Source: Lingula anatina (taxonomy: Eukaryota; Animalia; Brachiopoda). Taken from it: a stretch of DNA of 64,000 nt. Location of the stretch: contig CM120640.1 in assembly GCA_051362555.1 (NCBI GenBank), positions 22,283,351-22,347,350 on the forward strand, given 5' to 3'. Shown here in pieces: positions 1-15,000 of this stretch. The position numbers were made by a program, and so were the translations under genes. Each line of letters starts with the position of its first letter. Position 1 is the first letter of the stretch. The notes below the pieces were generated by a model. The model saw nothing but the letters and a program-made list of their open reading frames with translations, was not told the DNA's origin and searched no databases.

Positions 1-3000
1 GTACGCCGGACCTGATGAAAATCACTCAAAATCACCAAAAACGACCCGTCACCAAATTTTTTCCGAAATGTGATGAAAATCAATCTACCACACCTGTCAT
101 TCATAAAAAATGTGGAAACACGCCCGGATCACTTCATTAAAGCCCCCAATTCCAGCTTTAAAGATAGCCAAAACACAGCTGAAAACAGGATCTGGAGGGG
201 GGGTGGGGGGTGGCCAGAGTTTTGCTCTTTTTCTTCACTTAATATTGACACAACCACTCTTCCAGTACTTTAAACTTACTACAAATGACCCAACACAACC
301 TACCGGTCACATAAAAATGAAGAAAAAAAAATTTCTTCCCTTTTTGGCCAAAATGGAAGAAAATCTGGCCTGTACGCGGACCTGATGAAAATCACTCAAA
401 ATCACCCAAAAACGACCCGTCACCAATTTTTCCGAAATGTGATGAAAATCAATCTACCACACCTGTCATTCATAAAAAATGTGGAAACACGCCCGGATCA
501 CTTCATTAAAGCCCCCAATTCCAGCTTTAAAGATAGCCAAAAACACAGCTGAAAACAGGATCTGGAGGGGGGGTGGGGGGTGGCCAGAGTTTTTGCTCTT
601 TTTCTTCCTTAATATTGACACAACCACTCTTCCAGTACTTTAAACTTACTACAAATGACCCAACACACCTACCGGTCACTAAAATGAAGAAAAAAAAATT
701 TCTTCCCTTTTTGGCCAAAATTGAAGAAATCTGCTGTACGCGGACCTGATGAAAATCACTCAAAATCACCCAAAAACGACCCGTCACCAATTTTTCCGAA
801 ATGTGATGAAAATCAATCTACCACACCTGTCATTCATAAAAAATGTGGAAACACGCCCGGATCACTTCATTAAAGCCCCCAATTCCAGCTTTAAAGATAG
901 CCAAAAACACAGCTGAAAACAGGATCTGGAGGGGGGGTGGGGGGTGGCCAGAGTTTTTGCTCTTTTTCTTCCTTAATATTGACACAACCACTCTTCCAGT
1001 ACTTTAAACTTACTACAAATGACCCAACACACCTACCGGTCACTAAAATGAAGAAAAAAATTTCTTCCCCTTTTTGGCCAAAATTGAAGAAATCTGCTGT
1101 ACGCGGACCTGATGAAAATCACTCAAAATCACCCAAAAACGACCCGTCACCAATTTTTCCGAAATGTGATGAAAATCAATCTACCACACCTGTCATTCAT
1201 AAAAAATGTGGAAACACGCCCGGATCACTTCATTAAAGCCCCCAATTCCAGCTTTAAAGATAGCCAAAAACACAGCTGAAAACAGGATCTGGAGGGGGGG
1301 TGGGGGGTGGCCAGAGTTTTTGCTCTTTTTCTTCCTTAATATTGACACAACCACTCTTCCAGTACTTTAAACTTACTACAAATGACCCAACACACCTACC
1401 GGTCACTAAAATGAAGAAAAAAAAATTTCTTCCCTTTTTGGCCAAAATTGAAGAAATCTGCTGTACGCGGACCTGATGAAAATCACTCAAAATCACCCAA
1501 AAACGACCCGTCACCAATTTTTCCGAAATGTGATGAAAATCAATCTACCACACCTGTCATTCATAAAAAATGTGGAAACACGCCCGGATCACTTCATTAA
1601 AGCCCCAATTCCAGCTTTAAAGATAGCCAAAAACACAGCTGAAAACAGGATCTGGAGGGGGGGTGGGGGTGGCCAGAGTTTTTGCTCTTTTTCTTCCTTA
1701 ATATTGACACAACCACTCTTCCAGTACTTTAAACTTACTACAAATGACCCAACACACCTACCGGTCACTAAAATGAAGAAAAAAAATTTCTTCCCTTTTT
1801 GGCCAAAATTGAAGAAATCTGCTGTACGCGGACCTGATGAAAATCACTCAAAATCACCCAAAAACGACCCGTCACCAATTTTTCCGAAATGTGATGAAAA
1901 TCAATCTACCACACCTGTCATTCATAAAAAATGTGGAAACACGCCCGGATCACTTCATTAAAGCCCCCAATTCCAGCTTTAAAGATAGCCAAAAACACAG
2001 CTGAAAACAGGATCTGGAGGGGGGGTGGGGGGTGGCCAGAGTTTTTGCTCTTTTTCTTCCTTAATATTGACACAACCACTCTTCCAGTACTTTAAACTTA
2101 CTACAAATGACCCAACACACCTACCGGTCACTAAAATGAAGAAAAAAAAATTTCTTCCCTTTTTGGCCAAAATTGAAGAAATCTGCTGTACGCGGACCTG
2201 ATGAAAATCACTCAAAATCACCCAAAAACGACCCGTCACCAATTTTTCCGAAATGTGATGAAAATCAATCTACCACACCTGTCATTCATAAAAAATGTGG
2301 AAACACGCCCGGATCACTTCATTAAAGCCCCCAATTCCAGCTTTAAAGATAGCCAAAAACACAGCTGAAAACAGGATCTGGAGGGGGGGTGGGGGGTGGC
2401 CAGAGTTTTTGCTCTTTTTCTTCCTTAATATTGACACAACCACTCTTCCAGTACTTTAAACTTACTACAAATGACCCAACACACCTACCGGTCACTAAAA
2501 TGAAGAAAAAAAATTTCTTCCCTTTTTGGCCAAAATTGAAGAAATCTGCTGTACGCGGACCTGATGAAAATCACTCAAAATCACCCAAAAACGACCCGTC
2601 ACCAATTTTTCCGAAATGTGATGAAAATCAATCTACCACACCTGTCATTCATAAAAAATGTGGAAACACGCCCGGATCACTTCATTAAAGCCCCCAATTC
2701 CAGCTTTAAAGATAGCCAAAAACACAGCTGAAAACAGGATCTGGAGGGGGGGTGGGGGGTGGCCAGAGTTTTTGCTCTTTTTCTTCCTTAATATTGACAC
2801 AACCACTCTTCCAGTACTTTAAACTTACTACAAATGACCCAACACACCTACCGGTCACTAAAATGAAGAAAAAAAATTTCTTCCCTTTTTGGCCAAAATT
2901 GAAGAAATCTGCTGTACGCGGACCTGATGAAAATCACTCAAAATCACCCAAAAACGACCCGTCACCAATTTTCCGAAATGTGATGAAAATCAATCTACCA

Positions 3001-6000
3001 CACCTGTCATTCATAAAAAATGTGGAAACACGCCCGGATCACTTCATTAAAGCCCCCAATTCCAGCTTTAAAGATAGCCAAAAACACAGCTGAAAACAGG
3101 ATCTGGAGGGGGGGTGGGGGGTGGCCAGAGTTTTTGCTCTTTTTCTTCCTTAATATTGACACAACCACTCTTCCAGTACTTTAAACTTACTACAAATGAC
3201 CCAACACACCTACCGGTCACTAAAATGAAGAAAAAAAATTTCTTCCCTTTTTGGCCAAAATTGAAGAAATCTGCTGTACGCGGACCTGATGAAAATCACT
3301 CAAAATCACCCAAAAACGACCCGTCACCAATTTTTCCGAAATGTGATGAAAATCAATCTACCACACCTGTCATTCATAAAAAATGTGGAAACACGCCCGG
3401 ATCACTTCATTAAAGCCCCCAATTCCAGCTTTAAAGATAGCCAAAAACACAGCTGAAAACAGGATCTGGAGGGGGGGTGGGGGGTGGCCAGAGTTTTTGC
3501 TCTTTTTCTTCCTTAATATTGACACAACCACTCTTCCAGTACTTTAAACTTACTACAAATGACCCAACACACCTACCGGTCACTAAAATGAAGAAAAAAA
3601 ATTTCTTCCCTTTTTGGCCAAAATTGAAGAAATCTGCTGTACGCGGACCTGATGAAAATCACTCAAAATCACCCAAAAACGACCCGTCACCAATTTTTCC
3701 GAAATGTGATGAAAATCAATCTACCACACCTGTCATTCATAAAAAATGTGGAAACACGCCCGGATCACTTCATTAAAGCCCCCAATTCCAGCTTTAAAGA
3801 TAGCCAAAAACACAGCTGAAAACAGGATCTGGAGGGGGGGTGGGGGGTGGCCAGAGTTTTTGCTCTTTTTCTTCCTTAATATTGACACAACCACTCTTCC
3901 AGTACTTTAAACTTACTACAAATGACCCAACACACCTACCGGTCACTAAAATGAAGAAAAAAAATTTCTTCCCTTTTTGGCCAAAATTGAAGAAATCTGC
4001 TGTACGCGGACCTGATGAAAATCACTCAAAATCACCCAAAAACGACCCGTCACCAATTTTTCCGAAATGTGATGAAAATCAATCTACCACACCTGTCATT
4101 CATAAAAAATGTGGAAACACGCCCGGATCACTTCATTAAAGCCCCCAATTCCAGCTTTAAAGATAGCCAAAAACACAGCTGAAAACAGGATCTGGAGGGG
4201 GGGTGGGGGGTGGCCAGAGTTTTTGCTCTTTTTCTTCCTTAATATTGACACAACCACTCTTCCAGTACTTTAAACTTACTACAAATGACCCAACACACCT
4301 ACCGGTCACTAAAATGAAGAAAAAAAATTTCTTCCCTTTTTGGCCAAAATTGAAGAAATCTGCTGTACGCGGACCTGATGAAAATCACTCAAAATCACCC
4401 AAAAACGACCCGTCACCAATTTTTCCGAAATGTGATGAAAATCAATCTACCACACCTGTCATTCATAAAAAATGTGGAAACACGCCCGGATCACTTCATT
4501 AAAGCCCCCAATTCCAGCTTTAAAGATAGCCAAAAACACAGCTGAAAACAGGATCTGGAGGGGGGGTGGGGGGTGGCCAGAGTTTTTGCTCTTTTTCTTC
4601 CTTAATATTGACACAACCACTCTTCCAGTACTTTAAACTTACTACAAATGACCCAACACACCTACCGGTCACTAAAATGAAGAAAAAAAAATTTCTTCCC
4701 TTTTTGGCCAAAATTGAAGAAATCTGCTGTACGCGGACCTGATGAAAATCACTCAAAATCACCCAAAAACGACCCGTCACCAATTTTTCCGAAATGTGAT
4801 GAAAATCAATCTACCACACCTGTCATTCATAAAAAATGTGGAAACACGCCCGGATCACTTCATTAAAGCCCCCAATTCCAGCTTTAAAGATAGCCAAAAA
4901 CACAGCTGAAAACAGGATCTGGAGGGGGGGTGGGGGGTGGCCAGAGTTTTTGCTCTTTTTCTTCCTTAATATTGACACAACCACTCTTCCAGTACTTTAA
5001 ACTTACTACAAATGACCCAACACACCTACCGGTCACTAAAATGAAGAAAAAAAATTTCTTCCCTTTTTGGCCAAAATTGAAGAAATCTGCTGTACGCGGA
5101 CCTGATGAAAATCACTCAAAATCACCCAAAAACGACCCGTCACCAATTTTTCCGAAATGTGATGAAAATCAATCTACCACACCTGTCATTCATAAAAAAT
5201 GTGGAAACACGCCCGGATCACTTCATTAAAGCCCCCAATTCCAGCTTTAAAGATAGCCAAAAACACAGCTGAAAACAGGATCTGGAGGGGGGGTGGGGGG
5301 GTGGCCAGAGTTTTTGCTCTTTTTCTTCCTTAATATTGACACAACCACTCTTCCAGTACTTTAAACTTACTACAAATGACCCAACACACCTACCGGTCAC
5401 TAAAATGAAGAAAAAAAATTTCTTCCCTTTTTGGCCAAAATTGAAGAAATCTGCTGTACGCGGACCTGATGAAAATCACTCAAAATCACCCAAAAACGAC
5501 CCGTCACCAATTTTTCCGAAATGTGATGAAAATCAATCTACCACACCTGTCATTCATAAAAAATGTGGAAACACGCCCGGATCACTTCATTAAAGCCCCC
5601 AATTCCAGCTTTAAAGATAGCCAAAAACACAGCTGAAAACAGGATCTGGAGGGGGGGTGGGGGGTGGCCAGAGTTTTTGCTCTTTTTCTTCCTTAATATT
5701 GACACAACCACTCTTCCAGTACTTTAAACTTACTACAAATGACCCAACACACCTACCGGTCACTAAAATGAAGAAAAAAAAATTTCTTCCCTTTTTGGCC
5801 AAAATTGAAGAAATCTGCTGTACGCGGACCTGATGAAAATCACTCAAAATCACCCAAAAACGACCCGTCACCAATTTTTCCGAAATGTGATGAAAATCAA
5901 TCTACCACACCTGTCATTCATAAAAAATGTGGAAACACGCCCGGATCACTTCATTAAAGCCCCCAATTCCAGCTTTAAAGATAGCCAAAAACACAGCTGA

Positions 6001-9000
6001 AAACAGGATCTGGAGGGGGGGTGGGGGGTGGCCAGAGTTTTTGCTCTTTTTCTTCCTTAATATTGACACAACCACTCTTCCAGTACTTTAAACTTACTAC
6101 AAATGACCCAACACACCTACCGGTCACTAAAATGAAGAAAAAAAATTTCTTCCCTTTTTGGCCAAAATTGAAGAAATCTGCTGTACGCGGACCTGATGAA
6201 AATCACTCAAAATCACCCAAAAACGACCCGTCACCAATTTTTCCGAAATGTGATGAAAATCAATCTACCACACCTGTCATTCATAAAAAATGTGGAAACA
6301 CGCCCGGATCACTTCATTAAAGCCCCCAATTCCAGCTTTAAAGATAGCCAAAAACACAGCTGAAAACAGGATCTGGAGGGGGGGTGGGGGGTGGCCAGAG
6401 TTTTTGCTCTTTTTCTTCCTTAATATTGACACAACCACTCTTCCAGTACTTTAAACTTACTACAAATGACCCAACACACCTACCGGTCACTAAAATGAAG
6501 AAAAAAAATTTCTTCCCTTTTTGGCCAAAATTGAAGAAATCTGCTGTACGCGGACCTGATGAAAATCACTCAAAATCACCCAAAAACGACCCGTCACCAA
6601 TTTTTCCGAAATGTGATGAAAATCAATCTACCACACCTGTCATTCATAAAAAATGTGGAAACACGCCCGGATCACTTCATTAAAGCCCCCAATTCCAGCT
6701 TTAAAGATAGCCAAAAACACAGCTGAAAACAGGATCTGGAGGGGGGGTGGGGGGTGGCCAGAGTTTTTGCTCTTTTTCTTCCTTAATATTGACACAACCA
6801 CTCTTCCAGTACTTTAAACTTACTACAAATGACCCAACACACCTACCGGTCACTAAAATGAAGAAAAAAAATTTCTTCCCTTTTTGGCCAAAATTGAAGA
6901 AATCTGCTGTACGCGGACCTGATGAAAATCACTCAAAATCACCCAAAAACGACCCGTCACCAATTTTTCCGAAATGTGATGAAAATCAATCTACCACACC
7001 TGTCATTCATAAAAAATGTGGAAACACGCCCGGATCACTTCATTAAAGCCCCCAATTCCAGCTTTAAAGATAGCCAAAAACACAGCTGAAAACAGGATCT
7101 GGAGGGGGGGTGGGGGGTGGCCAGAGTTTTTGCTCTTTTTCTTCCTTAATATTGACACAACCACTCTTCCAGTACTTTAAACTTACTACAAATGACCCAA
7201 CACACCTACCGGTCACTAAAATGAAGAAAAAAAAATTTCTTCCCTTTTTGGCCAAAATTGAAGAAATCTGCTGTACGCGGACCTGATGAAAATCACTCAA
7301 AATCACCCAAAAACGACCCGTCACCAATTTTTCCGAAATGTGATGAAAATCAATCTACCACACCTGTCATTCATAAAAAATGTGGAAACACGCCCGGATC
7401 ACTTCATTAAAGCCCCCAATTCCAGCTTTAAAGATAGCCAAAAACACAGCTGAAAACAGGATCTGGAGGGGGGGTGGGGGGTGGCCAGAGTTTTTGCTCT
7501 TTTTCTTCCTTAATATTGACACAACCACTCTTCCAGTACTTTAAACTTACTACAAATGACCCAACACACCTACCGGTCACTAAAATGAAGAAAAAAAATT
7601 TCTTCCCTTTTTGGCCAAAATTGAAGAAATCTGCTGTACGCGGACCTGATGAAAATCACTCAAAATCACCCAAAAACGACCCGTCACCAATTTTTCCGAA
7701 ATGTGATGAAAATCAATCTACCACACCTGTCATTCATAAAAAATGTGGAAACACGCCCGGATCACTTCATTAAAGCCCCCAATTCCAGCTTTAAAGATAG
7801 CCAAAAACACAGCTGAAAACAGGATCTGGAGGGGGGGTGGGGGGTGGCCAGAGTTTTTGCTCTTTTTCTTCCTTAATATTGACACAACCACTCTTCCAGT
7901 ACTTTAAACTTACTACAAATGACCCAACACACCTACCGGTCACTAAAATGAAGAAAAAAAATTTCTTCCCTTTTTGGCCAAAATTGAAGAAATCTGCTGT
8001 ACGCGGACCTGATGAAAATCACTCAAAATCACCCAAAAACGACCCGTCACCAATTTTTCCGAAATGTGATGAAAATCAATCTACCACACCTGTCATTCAT
8101 AAAAAATGTGGAAACACGCCCGGATCACTTCATTAAAGCCCCCAATTCCAGCTTTAAAGATAGCCAAAAACACAGCTGAAAACAGGATCTGGAGGGGGGG
8201 TGGGGGGTGGCCAGAGTTTTTGCTCTTTTTCTTCCTTAATATTGACACAACCACTCTTCCAGTACTTTAAACTTACTACAAATGACCCAACACACCTACC
8301 GGTCACTAAAATGAAGAAAAAAAAATTTCTTCCCTTTTTGGCCAAAATTGAAGAAATCTGCTGTACGCGGACCTGATGAAAATCACTCAAAATCACCCAA
8401 AAACGACCCGTCACCAATTTTTCCGAAATGTGATGAAAATCAATCTACCACACCTGTCATTCATAAAAAATGTGGAAACACGCCCGGATCACTTCATTAA
8501 AGCCCCCAATTCCAGCTTTAAAGATAGCCAAAAACACAGCTGAAAACAGGATCTGGAGGGGGGGTGGGGGGTGGCCAGAGTTTTTGCTCTTTTTCTTCCT
8601 TAATATTGACACAACCACTCTTCCAGTACTTTAAACTTACTACAAATGACCCAACACACCTACCGGTCACTAAAATGAAGAAAAAAAATTTCTTCCCTTT
8701 TTGGCCAAAATTGAAGAAATCTGCTGTACGCGGACCTGATGAAAATCACTCAAAATCACCCAAAAACGACCCGTCACCAATTTTTCCGAAATGTGATGAA
8801 AATCAATCTACCACACCTGTCATTCATAAAAAATGTGGAAACACGCCCGGATCACTTCATTAAAGCCCCCAATTCCAGCTTTAAAGATAGCCAAAAACAC
8901 AGCTGAAAACAGGATCTGGAGGGGGGGTGGGGGGTGGCCAGAGTTTTTGCTCTTTTTCTTCCTTAATATTGACACAACCACTCTTCCAGTACTTTAAACT

Positions 9001-12000
9001 TACTACAAATGACCCAACACACCTACCGGTCACTAAAATGAAGAAAAAAAATTTCTTCCCTTTTTGGCCAAAATTGAAGAAATCTGCTGTACGCGGACCT
9101 GATGAAAATCACTCAAAATCACCCAAAAACGACCCGTCACCAATTTTTCCGAAATGTGATGAAAATCAATCTACCACACCTGTCATTCATAAAAAATGTG
9201 GAAACACGCCCGGATCACTTCATTAAAGCCCCCAATTCCAGCTTTAAAGATAGCCAAAAACACAGCTGAAAACAGGATCTGGAGGGGGGGTGGGGGGTGG
9301 CCAGAGTTTTTGCTCTTTTTCTTCCTTAATATTGACACAACCACTCTTCCAGTACTTTAAACTTACTACAAATGACCCAACACACCTACCGGTCACTAAA
9401 ATGAAGAAAAAAAAATTTCTTCCCTTTTTGGCCAAAATTGAAGAAATCTGCTGTACGCGGACCTGATGAAAATCACTCAAAATCACCCAAAAACGACCCG
9501 TCACCAATTTTTCCGAAATGTGATGAAAATCAATCTACCACACCTGTCATTCATAAAAAATGTGGAAACACGCCCGGATCACTTCATTAAAGCCCCCAAT
9601 TCCAGCTTTAAAGATAGCCAAAAACACAGCTGAAAACAGGATCTGGAGGGGGGGTGGGGGGTGGCCAGAGTTTTTGCTCTTTTTCTTCCTTAATATTGAC
9701 ACAACCACTCTTCCAGTACTTTAAACTTACTACAAATGACCCAACACACCTACCGGTCACTAAAATGAAGAAAAAAAATTTCTTCCCTTTTTGGCCAAAA
9801 TTGAAGAAATCTGCTGTACGCGGACCTGATGAAAATCACTCAAAATCACCCAAAAACGACCCGTCACCAATTTTTCCGAAATGTGATGAAAATCAATCTA
9901 CCACACCTGTCATTCATAAAAAATGTGGAAACACGCCCGGATCACTTCATTAAAGCCCCCAATTCCAGCTTTAAAGATAGCCAAAAACACAGCTGAAAAC
10001 AGGATCTGGAGGGGGGGTGGGGGGTGGCCAGAGTTTTTGCTCTTTTTCTTCCTTAATATTGACACAACCACTCTTCCAGTACTTTAAACTTACTACAAAT
10101 GACCCAACACACCTACCGGTCACTAAAATGAAGAAAAAAAATTTCTTCCCTTTTTGGCCAAAATTGAAGAAATCTGCTGTACGCGGACCTGATGAAAATC
10201 ACTCAAAATCACCCAAAAACGACCCGTCACCAATTTTTCCGAAATGTGATGAAAATCAATCTACCACACCTGTCATTCATAAAAAATGTGGAAACACGCC
10301 CGGATCACTTCATTAAAGCCCCCAATTCCAGCTTTAAAGATAGCCAAAAACACAGCTGAAAACAGGATCTGGAGGGGGGGTGGGGGGTGGCCAGAGTTTT
10401 TGCTCTTTTTCTTCCTTAATATTGACACAACCACTCTTCCAGTACTTTAAACTTACTACAAATGACCCAACACACCTACCGGTCACTAAAATGAAGAAAA
10501 AAAAATTTCTTCCCTTTTTGGCCAAAATTGAAGAAATCTGCTGTACGCGGACCTGATGAAAATCACTCAAAATCACCCAAAAACGACCCGTCACCAATTT
10601 TTCCGAAATGTGATGAAAATCAATCTACCACACCTGTCATTCATAAAAAATGTGGAAACACGCCCGGATCACTTCATTAAAGCCCCCAATTCCAGCTTTA
10701 AAGATAGCCAAAAACACAGCTGAAAACAGGATCTGGAGGGGGGGTGGGGGGTGGCCAGAGTTTTTGCTCTTTTTCTTCCTTAATATTGACACAACCACTC
10801 TTCCAGTACTTTAAACTTACTACAAATGACCCAACACACCTACCGGTCACTAAAATGAAGAAAAAAAATTTCTTCCCTTTTTGGCCAAAATTGAAGAAAT
10901 CTGCTGTACGCGGACCTGATGAAAATCACTCAAAATCACCCAAAAACGACCCGTCACCAATTTTTCCGAAATGTGATGAAAATCAATCTACCACACCTGT
11001 CATTCATAAAAAATGTGGAAACACGCCCGGATCACTTCATTAAAGCCCCCAATTCCAGCTTTAAAGATAGCCAAAAACACAGCTGAAAACAGGATCTGGA
11101 GGGGGGGTGGGGGGTGGCCAGAGTTTTTGCTCTTTTTCTTCCTTAATATTGACACAACCACTCTTCCAGTACTTTAAACTTACTACAAATGACCCAACAC
11201 ACCTACCGGTCACTAAAATGAAGAAAAAAAATTTCTTCCCTTTTTGGCCAAAATTGAAGAAATCTGCTGTACGCGGACCTGATGAAAATCACTCAAAATC
11301 ACCCAAAAACGACCCGTCACCAATTTTTCCGAAATGTGATGAAAATCAATCTACCACACCTGTCATTCATAAAAAATGTGGAAACACGCCCGGATCACTT
11401 CATTAAAGCCCCCAATTCCAGCTTTAAAGATAGCCAAAAACACAGCTGAAAACAGGATCTGGAGGGGGGGTGGGGGGTGGCCAGAGTTTTTGCTCTTTTT
11501 CTTCCTTAATATTGACACAACCACTCTTCCAGTACTTTAAACTTACTACAAATGACCCAACACACCTACCGGTCACTAAAATGAAGAAAAAAAAATTTCT
11601 TCCCTTTTTGGCCAAAATTGAAGAAATCTGCTGTACGCGGACCTGATGAAAATCACTCAAAATCACCCAAAAACGACCCGTCACCAATTTTTCCGAAATG
11701 TGATGAAAATCAATCTACCACACCTGTCATTCATAAAAAATGTGGAAACACGCCCGGATCACTTCATTAAAGCCCCCAATTCCAGCTTTAAAGATAGCCA
11801 AAAACACAGCTGAAAACAGGATCTGGAGGGGGGGTGGGGGGTGGCCAGAGTTTTTGCTCTTTTTCTTCCTTAATATTGACACAACCACTCTTCCAGTACT
11901 TTAAACTTACTACAAATGACCCAACACACCTACCGGTCACTAAAATGAAGAAAAAAAATTTCTTCCCTTTTTGGCCAAAATTGAAGAAATCTGCTGTACG

Positions 12001-15000
12001 CGGACCTGATGAAAATCACTCAAAATCACCCAAAAACGACCCGTCACCAATTTTTCCGAAATGTGATGAAAATCAATCTACCACACCTGTCATTCATAAA
12101 AAATGTGGAAACACGCCCGGATCACTTCATTAAAGCCCCCAATTCCAGCTTTAAAGATAGCCAAAAACACAGCTGAAAACAGGATCTGGAGGGGGGGTGG
12201 GGGGTGGCCAGAGTTTTTGCTCTTTTTCTTCCTTAATATTGACACAACCACTCTTCCAGTACTTTAAACTTACTACAAATGACCCAACACACCTACCGGT
12301 CACTAAAATGAAGAAAAAAAAATTTCTTCCCTTTTTGGCCAAAATTGAAGAAATCTGCTGTACGCGGACCTGATGAAAATCACTCAAAATCACCCAAAAA
12401 CGACCCGTCACCAATTTTTCCGAAATGTGATGAAAATCAATCTACCACACCTGTCATTCATAAAAAATGTGGAAACACGCCCGGATCACTTCATTAAAGC
12501 CCCCAATTCCAGCTTTAAAGATAGCCAAAAACACAGCTGAAAACAGGATCTGGAGGGGGGGTGGGGGGTGGCCAGAGTTTTTGCTCTTTTTCTTCCTTAA
12601 TATTGACACAACCACTCTTCCAGTACTTTAAACTTACTACAAATGACCCAACACACCTACCGGTCACTAAAATGAAGAAAAAAAATTTCTTCCCTTTTTG
12701 GCCAAAATTGAAGAAATCTGCTGTACGCGGACCTGATGAAAATCACTCAAAATCACCCAAAAACGACCCGTCACCAATTTTTCCGAAATGTGATGAAAAT
12801 CAATCTACCACACCTGTCATTCATAAAAAATGTGGAAACACGCCCGGATCACTTCATTAAAGCCCCCAATTCCAGCTTTAAAGATAGCCAAAAACACAGC
12901 TGAAAACAGGATCTGGAGGGGGGGTGGGGGGTGGCCAGAGTTTTTGCTCTTTTTCTTCCTTAATATTGACACAACCACTCTTCCAGTACTTTAAACTTAC
13001 TACAAATGACCCAACACACCTACCGGTCACTAAAATGAAGAAAAAAAATTTCTTCCCTTTTTGGCCAAAATTGAAGAAATCTGCTGTACGCGGACCTGAT
13101 GAAAATCACTCAAAATCACCCAAAAACGACCCGTCACCAATTTTTCCGAAATGTGATGAAAATCAATCTACCACACCTGTCATTCATAAAAAATGTGGAA
13201 ACACGCCCGGATCACTTCATTAAAGCCCCCAATTCCAGCTTTAAAGATAGCCAAAAACACAGCTGAAAACAGGATCTGGAGGGGGGGTGGGGGGTGGCCA
13301 GAGTTTTTGCTCTTTTTCTTCCTTAATATTGACACAACCACTCTTCCAGTACTTTAAACTTACTACAAATGACCCAACACACCTACCGGTCACTAAAATG
13401 AAGAAAAAAAAATTTCTTCCCTTTTTGGCCAAAATTGAAGAAATCTGCTGTACGCGGACCTGATGAAAATCACTCAAAATCACCCAAAAACGACCCGTCA
13501 CCAATTTTTCCGAAATGTGATGAAAATCAATCTACCACACCTGTCATTCATAAAAAATGTGGAAACACGCCCGGATCACTTCATTAAAGCCCCCAATTCC
13601 AGCTTTAAAGATAGCCAAAAACACAGCTGAAAACAGGATCTGGAGGGGGGGTGGGGGGTGGCCAGAGTTTTTGCTCTTTTTCTTCCTTAATATTGACACA
13701 ACCACTCTTCCAGTACTTTAAACTTACTACAAATGACCCAACACACCTACCGGTCACTAAAATGAAGAAAAAAAATTTCTTCCCTTTTTGGCCAAAATTG
13801 AAGAAATCTGCTGTACGCGGACCTGATGAAAATCACTCAAAATCACCCAAAAACGACCCGTCACCAATTTTTCCGAAATGTGATGAAAATCAATCTACCA
13901 CACCTGTCATTCATAAAAAATGTGGAAACACGCCCGGATCACTTCATTAAAGCCCCCAATTCCAGCTTTAAAGATAGCCAAAAACACAGCTGAAAACAGG
14001 ATCTGGAGGGGGGGTGGGGGGTGGCCAGAGTTTTTGCTCTTTTTCTTCCTTAATATTGACACAACCACTCTTCCAGTACTTTAAACTTACTACAAATGAC
14101 CCAACACACCTACCGGTCACTAAAATGAAGAAAAAAAAATTTCTTCCCTTTTTGGCCAAAATTGAAGAAATCTGCTGTACGCGGACCTGATGAAAATCAC
14201 TCAAAATCACCCAAAAACGACCCGTCACCAATTTTTCCGAAATGTGATGAAAATCAATCTACCACACCTGTCATTCATAAAAAATGTGGAAACACGCCCG
14301 GATCACTTCATTAAAGCCCCCAATTCCAGCTTTAAAGATAGCCAAAAACACAGCTGAAAACAGGATCTGGAGGGGGGGTGGGGGGTGGCCAGAGTTTTTG
14401 CTCTTTTTCTTCCTTAATATTGACACAACCACTCTTCCAGTACTTTAAACTTACTACAAATGACCCAACACACCTACCGGTCACTAAAATGAAGAAAAAA
14501 AATTTCTTCCCTTTTTGGCCAAAATTGAAGAAATCTGCTGTACGCGGACCTGATGAAAATCACTCAAAATCACCCAAAAACGACCCGTCACCAATTTTTC
14601 CGAAATGTGATGAAAATCAATCTACCACACCTGTCATTCATAAAAAATGTGGAAACACGCCCGGATCACTTCATTAAAGCCCCCAATTCCAGCTTTAAAG
14701 ATAGCCAAAAACACAGCTGAAAACAGGATCTGGAGGGGGGGTGGGGGGTGGCCAGAGTTTTTGCTCTTTTTCTTCCTTAATATTGACACAACCACTCTTC
14801 CAGTACTTTAAACTTACTACAAATGACCCAACACACCTACCGGTCACTAAAATGAAGAAAAAAAATTTCTTCCCTTTTTGGCCAAAATTGAAGAAATCTG
14901 CTGTACGCGGACCTGATGAAAATCACTCAAAATCACCCAAAAACGACCCGTCACCAATTTTTCCGAAATGTGATGAAAATCAATCTACCACACCTGTCAT

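Noticed and set aside
1-400. Divergent first monomer as a real older variant
   Set aside because: The differences are scattered single-base indels typical of low-coverage sequence at a contig edge.
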